Below, piece after piece: positions 1-8,265 of a stretch of DNA of 42,085 bases. Numbering within the stretch: position 1 is the stretch's first letter; every line of letters begins with the position of its first letter. Origin of the DNA: Acidimicrobiales bacterium (lineage in GTDB: Bacteria > Actinomycetota > Acidimicrobiia > Acidimicrobiales > VFJN01); contig DASSGC010000694.1 in NCBI GenBank assembly GCA_035693765.1, positions 1 to 42,085 of the forward strand. The letters run 5' to 3'. The notes beneath the pieces are model-generated. The model searched no databases and had not been told where the DNA came from. It saw only the letters and a list, made by a program, of their open reading frames with translations. The translations under genes and the position numbers were made by a program.

Positions 1-245
1 ACGACGTCGACTACTGCTTCAAGCTGCGGGCCGAGGGGTACCGGGTGGCGTACGACCCCGACACCGTGCTGTTCCACTACGAGTCGTCCAGCCGCCCGGA
101 GGGTGCGTCGGACTGGGAGCTGGCCAAGCTCCGCGAGCGCCACGGGTCCAGCACGCCCGACCCGTACTACAACCCGAACCACCTCCAGGACACGGTCAAC
201 TTCATGGTCCCGCTGGTGCTCGCCAACGGCGACACCGTCCGCTGA
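1..245 (+). CDS. Glycosyltransferase family 2, C-terminal fragment (5' end outside window)
   Basis: Frame 3 is open from the window edge to TGA at 243-245. The translation DVDYCFKLRAEGYRVAYDPDTVLFHYESSS resembles the conserved C-terminal part of GT-A fold GT2 enzymes. Third codon positions are almost all G/C. Confidence 0.7.
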   Translation, partial: DVDYCFKLRAEGYRVAYDPDTVLFHYESSSRPEGASDWELAKLRERHGSSTPDPYYNPNHLQDTVNFMVPLVLANGDTVR

Positions 246-317
246 CCGGCCGCGGGCCTGGCGGAGCGGCCACCGCAGTCCTGGCCGGGGTCGCGACGGG
301 CAGTACGGTGTCCCTTC

Positions 318-986
318 ATGGCTGCTGACGAAGTGATCCGGCTCGACGTGGGCTGCGGGGGGAAGAAGCGCGAGGGTTTCACCGGTCTCGACTTCGTCGA
401 GCAGCCGGGTGTCGATGTCGTCCTCGACGTGACGTCGGAGAGGTGGCCGTTCGAGGACCGCAGCGTCGACGAGGTGTTCTCGTCGCACTTCCTCGAGCAC
501 ATCGACGAGCCGAACCACGTGCTCAGCGAGATCGGCCGGGTGTGCAAGGACGGCGCCCGCATCACCTTCTTCACGCCCTACGCCTTCAGCAACGAGGCGT
601 TCGTCTACGGGCACCTCCACTTCCTCACCGAGGAGCCGTGGCGCCACTTCTGCGTCACCCACCGCGACGTGTTCGCCGGCATGCTGGGCGGCCGCTGGCA
701 GCTCCACAGGATCACCTACGTGGTGCCCGAGAGCGTGGTCGCCGAGCTGACCCGGCTGAGCGTGGGCATCCCGTTCGCGGTCCGCTACCTGAAGAACGTC
801 GTCTACGAGTTCGGCGTCGACATCGAGTTCCGCACCGACATGGCCGTGCCGGCGGTGGAGCCAGAGTACTTCTGGGCGACCGGCCGCGACGCGGAGCCCC
901 AGCCGATGACCATCCACCGGGCCTTCACGTCCAACGGCGCCGACACGGTCACCGCCAGCCGGCTGCGGCGCCTGCTCGGCGCCTGA
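318..986 (+). CDS. Class I SAM-dependent methyltransferase (Methyltransf_11-like)
   Basis: ATG at 318. Motif I is LDVGCGGK, followed by GLDFV and VDEVFSSHFLEHI, which is typical spacing for small SAM methyltransferases. Confidence 0.85.
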   Translation: MAADEVIRLDVGCGGKKREGFTGLDFVEQPGVDVVLDVTSERWPFEDRSVDEVFSSHFLEHIDEPNHVLSEIGRVCKDGARITFFTPYAFSNEAFVYGHLHFLTEEPWRHFCVTHRDVFAGMLGGRWQLHRITYVVPESVVAELTRLSVGIPFAVRYLKNVVYEFGVDIEFRTDMAVPAVEPEYFWATGRDAEPQPMTIHRAFTSNGADTVTASRLRRLLGA

Positions 987-990
987 ATGC

Positions 991-1119
991 CCCTAGCGGA
1001 TAGGTCACGCCGGCGCGTGTCACCGTGCTGCGTTGCCGGTCGGCCGAGCTGTCGAGCTGGTGCGTCCATGCCAAATCCCCACGCGTAGGCCGTGGCAAGC
1101 GCCCTAGGCGCCCGGCCTC
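991..1119. repeat. Copy A of a dispersed ~114-129 bp repeat (partner at 17900-18028)
   Basis: Gap-free hand alignment of 991-1104 against 17900-18013 gives 102/114 identical positions (core 1010-1063: 53/54). It lies between the convergent stops of the methyltransferase (986) and the wzt-like gene (1144). Confidence 0.85.
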
Positions 1120-1143
1120 TGAGCCGGCGGCCCGCAGGGCGGG

Positions 1144-2346
1144 TCAGCGCCCGTAGCCCCAGCGGCCGTCGAAGGAGATGACGCCGCCGTAGGTCTCGTG
1201 CGGGGTGCCCGGCTTGACGTCGAAGTGGAAGGCCTTGTGGCGGTGGTCGAAGGTGTGGCTGATCGTCTCGTCGGTCGAGGCCGCCGACACGACGTACGAG
1301 CCGGGGAGCAGCAGCAGCCGGTCGACGTGCAGCTCGACCACGCCGGCGCCGTCGACGGAATCGACCCACACCCCCGCCTCCCGGGTGTTCGGCCCGCTCA
1401 CCTGCACGCCCTCGAGGGTGAACACGCCCAAGCCGAAGACCGGCCGCTCCACCGATCGGGTGGCCTCGTAGCGCAGCCGGAAGGTGACCTCGTCGCCGGT
1501 CTGGATCTGCTCGGTCGGCTGGCCGTTGGGGCCCAGCATGTCGACGTCGGTGATCCGGATGTCGCCCGAGCCCCACCGGGTGCCGTGCCCGGACTCGTCC
1601 GCCTCGCGGTCGACGTGCACCTGGCCGAGGTAGGCGTCGGCGATGTCGCCGCCCTTCCCCCGCTCGCGCATCACCCCGTGCTCGAGCCAGATCGCCTCGT
1701 CGCACAGGTTGCGGACGGTCCCGAGCGCGTGGGTCACGACCACGATCGTCTTGCCCGCCTCGCGCAGGTCGGCCACCCGCTCCAGGCACTTGCGCTGGAA
1801 CTCCTCGTCGCCGACGGCCAGCACCTCGTCGACCAGCAGGATGTCGGGGTCGACGTTGATCGCGATCGAGAAGCCGAGCCGCACGTACATGCCGGACGAG
1901 TAGTTCTTCACGGGCATGTCGATGAAGCGCTCCAGGCCGGCGAACTCGACGATCTCGTCGAACTTCCGCTCGAGCTGGCGCTTGGACATGCCGAGGATCG
2001 AGCCGTTCAGGTAGACGTTCTCCCGCCCCGACAGCTCGGGGTGGAAGCCGGCACCCAGCTCGAGGAGGGCCGACATCCGGCCCTCGACCGAGATCCTGCC
2101 CTTCTCGGGGCGGAGGATGCGGGCGATGCACTTGAGCATCGTGGACTTGCCGGACCCGTTGTGGCCGACGAGACCGAACGTCATGCCGGACGTGACCTCG
2201 AAGGAAACGTCCTGGAGCGCCCAGAACTCGTCGTAGCGGGCCCGGCCCCGCCGCATGAACGCGCTCTTCAGGCTCTGGTTGCGCTCGTGGTAGAGCCGGA
2301 AGCGCTTGGAGACGCCCTCGACCGAGATGACCGCGTCGTTGCTCAC
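1144..2346 (-). CDS. ABC transporter ATP-binding protein, Wzt/TagH type, with extra C-terminal domain
   Basis: GTG at 2346 overlaps the upstream permease stop (GTGA). Walker A GHNGSGKST, signature YSSGMYVRL, Walker B ILLVDEVLAVGD. About 150 extra C-terminal residues sit where Wzt proteins carry a glycan-binding domain. Confidence 0.9.
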   Translation of the reverse strand: MSNDAVISVEGVSKRFRLYHERNQSLKSAFMRRGRARYDEFWALQDVSFEVTSGMTFGLVGHNGSGKSTMLKCIARILRPEKGRISVEGRMSALLELGAGFHPELSGRENVYLNGSILGMSKRQLERKFDEIVEFAGLERFIDMPVKNYSSGMYVRLGFSIAINVDPDILLVDEVLAVGDEEFQRKCLERVADLREAGKTIVVVTHALGTVRNLCDEAIWLEHGVMRERGKGGDIADAYLGQVHVDREADESGHGTRWGSGDIRITDVDMLGPNGQPTEQIQTGDEVTFRLRYEATRSVERPVFGLGVFTLEGVQVSGPNTREAGVWVDSVDGAGVVELHVDRLLLLPGSYVVSAASTDETISHTFDHRHKAFHFDVKPGTPHETYGGVISFDGRWGYGR

Positions 2347-3164
2347 AGCTCGTCCGCCACCCTGCCCTCGAGCCGGTTGAAGACCACCATGCCCAGGCCG
2401 AGGGACACGAGGGCGATGAACGCCAGGTAGCCGATGTGGTCCCAGGCGGGCATGCGCATGTCGTACAGGACGTCTCGATAGGCCTCGACGAAGCGGGTGG
2501 CGGGGTTCAGGTTGTACACGAGGTACCAGACGCTGTCCTCGCCGAGCTGGTCGCGCACGAAGGCGATGGGATACACGATCGGGGCGGTGTAGAACCACGC
2601 CTGGAGCGCCAGGCCCATCAGATGCTGCAGGTCACGGAAGTAGACCGCGGCGGTCGACAGCATGAGCGCGATGCCGAACGCGAACACGAGCTGGATGACC
2701 AGCAGCATCAGCACGACCGGTGTCCACAGGATGACGATGTTGCCGAAGAAGGCCAGCACCACGGCCAGCACGCCCAGCTCGATGAGGAACGACACGACCC
2801 ACGACGCCGCGTTGGACGCGACGAGGATCTCGCGCGGGAAGTAGACCCGCTTGACCAGGCTGTCGTTGCCGATGAGGGACCCCATGCCCCCCATGAACAC
2901 GTTGGTCATGAAGCTGTAGGGCAGCAGCGCGCACAGCAGGAACATGGCGAAGCTGTCGAGGCCGGACGGGTTGCCCACCTCGGGGTCGATGCGCAGGAAG
3001 TACCTGAAGACCAGCGAGTAGATCATCAGGCTGACCAGCGGGTTGAGCATCGACCAGCCCCACCCCAGGAACGAGCGCTTGTACTTGCCGCGCAGCTCGC
3101 GCAGGGTGAGGTTGGCCAGGAGCTCCCGGCGGGACGCGATCTCGGAGAGTTTCTGCAGGGGCAT
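2343..3164 (-). CDS. ABC-2 type transporter permease (Wzm/TagG-like)
   Basis: The N-terminus RELLANLTLRELRGKYKRSFLGWGWSMLNPL is the typical ABC-2 polysaccharide/teichoic-acid exporter motif. About six hydrophobic segments. Translationally coupled to the ATPase. Confidence 0.9.
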   Translation of the reverse strand: MPLQKLSEIASRRELLANLTLRELRGKYKRSFLGWGWSMLNPLVSLMIYSLVFRYFLRIDPEVGNPSGLDSFAMFLLCALLPYSFMTNVFMGGMGSLIGNDSLVKRVYFPREILVASNAASWVVSFLIELGVLAVVLAFFGNIVILWTPVVLMLLVIQLVFAFGIALMLSTAAVYFRDLQHLMGLALQAWFYTAPIVYPIAFVRDQLGEDSVWYLVYNLNPATRFVEAYRDVLYDMRMPAWDHIGYLAFIALVSLGLGMVVFNRLEGRVADEL

Positions 3165-3268
3165 GTGAGGAGGGTTCAGCCCCGCCGGCCGGCGCCGGGG
3201 GGACAGGACAACTTAGAGCGAGGGCGGCTACGGAAGCTAGGCGACATCGGCCAGTGTGGCGCGGATCG

Positions 3269-4606
3269 TCATCCGAGCCCCGGGGGGAAGCGCGGCAGGA
3301 AGCTGCCGACCAGGAAGACCCCGCTCAGCATGGCGACGGCGGCGGGGACGGTCAGGGTGGCCCAGGGGGCCCGCCGGAGGCCCGACCATCCCACGACGGA
3401 CGCGGCGATCACCGGCGGGTACGCGGGCAGCAGCAGCCGGGCCGTCACCGTGGTGCTGTCAGCCAGCGCTTCGTGGAACAGCAGGCCGAGCAACAGGGCG
3501 ACCGCGCCGGCCGCGACCACCGCGGGGAGCACGGCGCCTCGGCGCACGGCGAGCGCCAGACCGGCCACCAGGACGGCGGCCACCAGCACCGTGAACGCCC
3601 GCGGCAGGGGCCAGTGGACGAGGAAGGGGACGAACGCCCGGTCGTTCAGGTCGCCGACCCAGTCGGCGAACCCCAGGTACGGGTGGTGGGACCCGTGACG
3701 GGCCCGGACGGCGTCGGCCGGGTCGAGGTAGCCGGACTCACGCCAGTGGTAGCCCAGCCAGGCCGCGACGGCCACCAGGGGCGGCCCCAGCGCCCTTCCC
3801 ACGTCGCCGACCCGCAGCGTCCCGCGCCGGGCGGCGACCACCCCGGCGGCGGCGACCGGCACGCCCAGCACGAACGCCGTCTCCCGCGTCAGGGCCGCGG
3901 CCGCGAGCAGGCCGCCGACCGCCCAGGCCCGGCCGGCGGTGGGCCGGTCGAGCCACCGCTGCACGAGCAACATCCCGGCCACGACGGCGAGGGCGGCGAA
4001 GATGTCGCCGTTGACCCGGCCCCCGGAGTCGGCCATGGCCGGCAGGAGCGCGGCGGCGGTGCCCGCCGCCACCGCGGCCGGCAGCCGGCGCCGCGGGTCG
4101 CGGCACCAGGTCCAGGCGAGCAGGGCCGTGAGCGCGCCGGTCAGCCCGGCGGCGACGACGGTCACCCCGCGGAGGGCGTACATGACCACGAGGGCCCGGT
4201 CGCCGAACGGCTGGGCGACCACGGCCAGGCCCAGGTAGGGAAGGGGCGGGTGGTACGCCTCGTAGGACCAGCCCTCCATGCCCATGGTCTCGGGGGTGAA
4301 CCCCGGCGGCGGGGCGTAGCCGTAGTTGCCCCACCGGTCGGTCGACACCACCGAGTCGATGATCGACTGGTCGAGCGGGTGCTCGATCGTCGGCATCTCG
4401 CGGTCGAACGACAGCTTCCACGCGTAGTCGACGTGCTGCTCCTCGTCCTCGATGGCCCACGGCGGGAACGACACCGCGTAGAGCCCGGCGTGCAGGCACC
4501 CCGCGACGAACACCGCGGCGATGACCCGGCGCAGGAGCCGCCGGGGGGCGGCCGGGTCGGTGGGGGGCGTGCTGTCGTCGTGGACCGGCCGCGCGGCGGT
4601 GAGCAT
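3269..4606 (-). CDS. Polytopic membrane protein, GT-C / DUF2142-like putative glycosyltransferase
   Basis: 445-aa ORF with about 10 or more hydrophobic segments and high GC3. The first-loop motif PPWAIEDEEQHVDYAW resembles the acidic-His loop of GT-C/DUF2142 membrane glycosyltransferases (recognised from memory only). Confidence 0.55.
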   Translation of the reverse strand: MLTAARPVHDDSTPPTDPAAPRRLLRRVIAAVFVAGCLHAGLYAVSFPPWAIEDEEQHVDYAWKLSFDREMPTIEHPLDQSIIDSVVSTDRWGNYGYAPPPGFTPETMGMEGWSYEAYHPPLPYLGLAVVAQPFGDRALVVMYALRGVTVVAAGLTGALTALLAWTWCRDPRRRLPAAVAAGTAAALLPAMADSGGRVNGDIFAALAVVAGMLLVQRWLDRPTAGRAWAVGGLLAAAALTRETAFVLGVPVAAAGVVAARRGTLRVGDVGRALGPPLVAVAAWLGYHWRESGYLDPADAVRARHGSHHPYLGFADWVGDLNDRAFVPFLVHWPLPRAFTVLVAAVLVAGLALAVRRGAVLPAVVAAGAVALLLGLLFHEALADSTTVTARLLLPAYPPVIAASVVGWSGLRRAPWATLTVPAAVAMLSGVFLVGSFLPRFPPGLG

Positions 4607-4686
4607 CGACCGGCGAGTATCGCACGCGGCGCCGGCCCGCCGGGACAGGTCCGCCGGCGGCGGCTCAGGCGCCGCTCAGGCTCGGC

Positions 4687-5868
4687 TCAGCCGCCGGGCG
4701 GCGGCTGGAGCGGGTGCGGGGCGCAGAGCTCGTCGTACTCGGCGATCACGATCTGGTCGGGATCGATCGAGCACGTGGGGCACTGCGGGTCGCGCAGCAT
4801 CTTGTAGGTGCGGAACGACTGCTCCAGCGAGTCGTACGCCATCAGCCGGCCCGACAGGCTGTCGCCGATGCCGAGGATCGCCTTGATGGCCTCGACCGCC
4901 TGGATCGACCCGATGATGCCCGGCAGCACGCCCAGCACCCCGGCCTCGGCGCACGACGGCGCCAGCTCCGGCGGCGGGGGCTCGGGGAGGAAGCACCGGT
5001 AGCACGGCCCGTCGTGGGGCGTGAACACGGTGACCTGGCCCTCGAACCGGAAGATCGAGCCGTGGACCACGGTGACGCCGAGCTTGAGGGCGGCGTCGTT
5101 GAGCAGGTAGCGCACCGGGAAGTTGTCGGCCCCGTCGACCACGATGTCGTAGCCCGACAGGATGTCGATCACGTTGTCGGCGCCCAGGCGGACGTCGTGG
5201 GTGACGACGTTGACGTCGGGGTTGAGGGCGGTGAGCGTCTTCTTGGCCGAGTCGACCTTGCGGTCGCCGATGCGGTCGACGTTGTGGAGGATCTGCCGCT
5301 GGAGGTTGGAGTCGTCCACCACGTCCATGTCGACGATGCCGATGGTGCCCACGCCGGCAGCGGCCAGGTACAGGGCGGCGGGCGAGCCGAGGCCGCCCGC
5401 GCCGAGCAGCAGCACGCGGGCGTCGAGCAGCTTGAGCTGGCCGTCGACGTCGACCTCGGGCAGCAGCAGGTGGCGCTGGTAGCGGTTGCGCTGGTCCGCG
5501 GTCAGCTTGCGGGGCGTCGACCAGTCGCGGCCCTCGTCCTTCCACTTGTTGAAGCCGCCGGCCACCGACACGACGTCGGCGTAGCCCATCTCGCTCAGCG
5601 TGCGGGCGGCGAACGCCGAGCGGACCCCGCTGGCGCAGTGGATGATGACGGGGGCCGACTTGTCGGGGATGCGGTTCTCGACCGAGCCCTCGAGGGTGCC
5701 CCGGGCGATGTGGATCGCGCCGGGGATGGCGCCCTGCTCGTACTCGTCGGGCTCCCGGACGTCGAGCACCACGGCACCGGGGCGGCGGCGCGCCTCGTCG
5801 GCCGTCGCGGTGTCGATCTCGCGGATCTGGGACTTCGTGGCGGCGAGCAGCTCACGGAAGCTCGGCAT
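4687..5868 (-). CDS. Rhodanese-ThiF/MoeB fusion (sulfur-carrier adenylyltransferase/sulfurtransferase, MoeZ-like but with rhodanese at the N-terminus)
   Basis: The N-terminal rhodanese has the active-site loop HCASGVRS. The ThiF domain has GAGGLGS, a catalytic-type Cys in APSCAEAGVLG, and two CxxC pairs (CYRC, CPTC). Confidence 0.9.
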   Translation of the reverse strand: MPSFRELLAATKSQIREIDTATADEARRRPGAVVLDVREPDEYEQGAIPGAIHIARGTLEGSVENRIPDKSAPVIIHCASGVRSAFAARTLSEMGYADVVSVAGGFNKWKDEGRDWSTPRKLTADQRNRYQRHLLLPEVDVDGQLKLLDARVLLLGAGGLGSPAALYLAAAGVGTIGIVDMDVVDDSNLQRQILHNVDRIGDRKVDSAKKTLTALNPDVNVVTHDVRLGADNVIDILSGYDIVVDGADNFPVRYLLNDAALKLGVTVVHGSIFRFEGQVTVFTPHDGPCYRCFLPEPPPPELAPSCAEAGVLGVLPGIIGSIQAVEAIKAILGIGDSLSGRLMAYDSLEQSFRTYKMLRDPQCPTCSIDPDQIVIAEYDELCAPHPLQPPPGG

Positions 5869-5996
5869 CGGGCACCCTCTCGTGGCAGTGCATGTGGCGT
5901 GCGGCAGAAAAGCCTAGCGACCCGATCAACAATTCGGCCAGGCGGGATGTTCCCTGCCCGGCCGCGCCCCACGGCCGGTGGCCGCGGACGGTGCGA

Positions 5997-7346
5997 TCAG
6001 GGCTCGATGGCCACGTCGTGCATGGCCTCGATGAGGTCGCCCGCGTCGACCCGCAGCGGGCCGCTCACGGCGAGGCGCCGGATCAGCAGGCCGGTCATCA
6101 CCGCGAACGAGGCGGCGCTGCCGACCAGCAGGCCCACCTCGACCCGGAAGAACAGGTCGTCGGAGGCGAGGTACACCGTGACGAACAGCGCGATGCAGCC
6201 GACGAACCAGCCGAGCGCCTGGTCGACGTGCCCGCCGAGGGCGATCAGCGCCTGGGCGCCGGCCATGGCCAGCATGTAGAGGCCCGCGCCGGCGGCCAGC
6301 AACCCCATCGTGCGGGCGCCGAGGTCGGCGCCGGGGAACATGATCTCGACCACGAACGGGCCGAGGATGGCGCCCACCACGGTGCCGGCCGCGGCCAGGC
6401 CGGCGACGGCCACCATCAGCCGTTTCAGACCCGAGCGGAAGTCGCCGAGCTGGCCGGAGTGGGCGAGCGCCGAGAGCTTGGGCAGCAGGGAGGCCTGGAC
6501 CGCCTGGAACAGGAACAGCGGGATGCGGGCGATCACGACGCCGTTGACGAAGCGGCCGGCCGCCTCGGCCTGGGAGTCGTCGGCGAGCAGCTTGACCAGC
6601 ACCGGGCCGATGTTCATGAGCGCGAAGGCGCACAGCGAGGCCCACAGCAGCAGGAGGAGGGCGCTGCCGATCTCGCTGAGGGGGGCCTCCGGCCCGTCGT
6701 CCAGGCGCGGGCGTTGCACCCGGAGCGCGACGGGCACCGCCAGCAGGCCGGCGATGCCGACCGCGACGCCGAACGGTCCGGCGGCCGAGAAGCCGACCAG
6801 CGCGCACACGACCGCGCCGAGGACCCGGATGAAGCCGTCGGCGCCGAGGTAGGTGCCGTAGCCCTTGAAGTTGCCGGTGCCCGACATCGTGCCTCGGGTG
6901 AGGTGGCCGGCCAGGGCGCCGGCCACGCCCAGCACCAGGCCGACCAGCAGGAGGATCTGCTCGTCGAACAGGTGCTCCACGGTCCAGCGCGCCGACACGA
7001 TGAGGATGACCAGCACGCCGAGCAGCAGCCCGACGCCGAGCGTCGCCGCCCGGCGGACGACCGGTGCGCTGCCGATGCCGCGGGCGCGCCGCTCGGCGAG
7101 GGCCCGGCTGATCTCCTGCTCGAAGGGCAGGAACAGGCCCGGGCCGGCCAGGAAGACCAGGCTCCAGAGCGCACCGAGCGGCGAGTACTCCGCCTTGCTG
7201 AGCGCCTTGTCGGCCACGAACAGGAAGCCGTATGCCGAGATCCCGGCGACGATCAACCCGACCCCGACCGCGGCGGTGCCGGCGGGTAGCGGATTGCGGC
7301 GCCTCGCAGCCTCCAGCAGCGCAGCCATCGGGGGCAGGCTACTCAC
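5997..7346 (-). CDS. MOP/Wzx-like polytopic membrane protein (putative glycan flippase)
   Basis: 449-aa ORF with about 12-14 hydrophobic segments and the composition of the polysaccharide biosynthesis protein family. The start is GTG 7346 or ATG 7328. Confidence 0.6.
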   Translation of the reverse strand: MSSLPPMAALLEAARRRNPLPAGTAAVGVGLIVAGISAYGFLFVADKALSKAEYSPLGALWSLVFLAGPGLFLPFEQEISRALAERRARGIGSAPVVRRAATLGVGLLLGVLVILIVSARWTVEHLFDEQILLLVGLVLGVAGALAGHLTRGTMSGTGNFKGYGTYLGADGFIRVLGAVVCALVGFSAAGPFGVAVGIAGLLAVPVALRVQRPRLDDGPEAPLSEIGSALLLLLWASLCAFALMNIGPVLVKLLADDSQAEAAGRFVNGVVIARIPLFLFQAVQASLLPKLSALAHSGQLGDFRSGLKRLMVAVAGLAAAGTVVGAILGPFVVEIMFPGADLGARTMGLLAAGAGLYMLAMAGAQALIALGGHVDQALGWFVGCIALFVTVYLASDDLFFRVEVGLLVGSAASFAVMTGLLIRRLAVSGPLRVDAGDLIEAMHDVAIEP

Positions 7347-7361
7347 ATCGCGTGAGCAAGG

Positions 7362-8171
7362 TCACAAAACCGTCCCCACCAGCCGGGGCAGCAGATCGCT
7401 GATCGACCCCTGGAGCACCGCGTCGCCCAGGTGGTCCATGGCCGTCTCGCTCCCGTTCACGATGACGATCAGCGCCCCCGCTGCCCGCGCCATCGGCACC
7501 ATCTCGGCGACCGGGTACACGCTGAGCGTCGAGCCGACGGCCAGCAGCAGGTCGCAGCGCCGGGCGGCGGCCGCGGCCCGGGCCAGGTCGTCCGGCACGA
7601 GGTTCTGGCCGAAGCTGATGGTCGCCGACTTGAGGATGCCGCCGCAGGTGCGGCAGGCGGGATCCTCCTCGCCGGCCCGGACGCGGTCGAGGGCCCGCTG
7701 CATGGGCGCCCGCTCGCCGCACGCCATGCACGTGACCTCGTGCAGCGTGCCGTGGACCTCGACCACCTTGGCGGGGTCGGACCCGGCCGCCTGGTGCAGG
7801 CCGTCGATGTTCTGCGTGACGAGCGTGTCGAGCTTGCCCCGCCGCTCCAACGCCGCCAGGGCGCGGTGGCCGGGGTTGGGCTCGGCCGCCCACGCCGGGT
7901 GGTCGAGCCGCTGGCGCCAGCTGGCGCGCCGCACCTCGGGGTCGGACAGGTAGTGCTGCAGCGACGCCCGCTTCTCGGCGCCGGGGTTGCGGGTCCAGAC
8001 GCCGTTGGGCCCCCGGAAGTCGGGGATGCCGCTGTCGGTGCTGATGCCGGCGCCGGTGAGGGCCACCACCCGCCGGGCCTCGTCGATCCAGCCGCGGACC
8101 TGCCCGACCTGCGCGTCGAGGCCGCCGTCGGTGCCGTCGGTGCTTTCGGGTCCCGGGCGCTTGCCGTCCAC
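7362..8171 (-). CDS. cobB: NAD-dependent protein deacylase (class III/U sirtuin, CobB-like)
   Basis: GAGISTDSGIPDFRG, TQNIDGLH, catalytic HG in VEVHGTLH, and Zn ribbon CMAC...CRTC. I chose GTG 8171 (269 aa); the ORF is open up to 8297. Confidence 0.88.
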   Translation of the reverse strand: MDGKRPGPESTDGTDGGLDAQVGQVRGWIDEARRVVALTGAGISTDSGIPDFRGPNGVWTRNPGAEKRASLQHYLSDPEVRRASWRQRLDHPAWAAEPNPGHRALAALERRGKLDTLVTQNIDGLHQAAGSDPAKVVEVHGTLHEVTCMACGERAPMQRALDRVRAGEEDPACRTCGGILKSATISFGQNLVPDDLARAAAAARRCDLLLAVGSTLSVYPVAEMVPMARAAGALIVIVNGSETAMDHLGDAVLQGSISDLLPRLVGTVL

Positions 8172-8265
8172 GCTTGACAGTGTACCAAAGCCATGAGAAG
8201 TATTGAAAAGTACCGGACGACTTCCCCCCGACGCCGTTCCTCCTCCGCCGGAGACCACCCTCGCC

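Noticed and set aside
803-2131. Very long ORFs antisense to, or out of frame with, the called genes. Examples: 803-2131(-), 2436-3698(+), the N-terminal 860 aa of 9031-12561(+), 12413-16438(+), 12480-15143(-), 23896-27555(-), 23982-27599(+).
   Set aside because: Their translations are monotonous Arg/Pro/Gly/Ala strings with no motifs. They overlap genes that have clear family signatures. At this GC content stop codons are rare in every frame, so such shadow ORFs are expected.
3165-3268. A plus-strand Shine-Dalgarno-like GAGGAGGG at about 3168-3175, suggesting a hidden + strand gene.
   Set aside because: No ATG, GTG or TTG follows at a suitable distance, and no + strand ORF with coding periodicity follows. 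The region is better explained as the spacer, terminator and promoter between two minus-strand genes.
7362-8171. The SIR2-domain protein as a possible antiphage effector (Thoeris, DSR or SIR2-HerA type).
   Set aside because: It has the complete canonical sirtuin deacylase motifs and a Cys4 zinc ribbon at normal length. There is no fused sensor domain and no HerA, TIR, pAgo or similar partner nearby.
8203-8265. The TTG start at 8203, which would extend the hypothetical protein by 21 residues.
   Set aside because: Codons in this stretch often end in A/T (AAA, AGT, GGA, CGA, CTT, GTT, CCT), unlike the rest of the gene. ATG 8266 is preferred.
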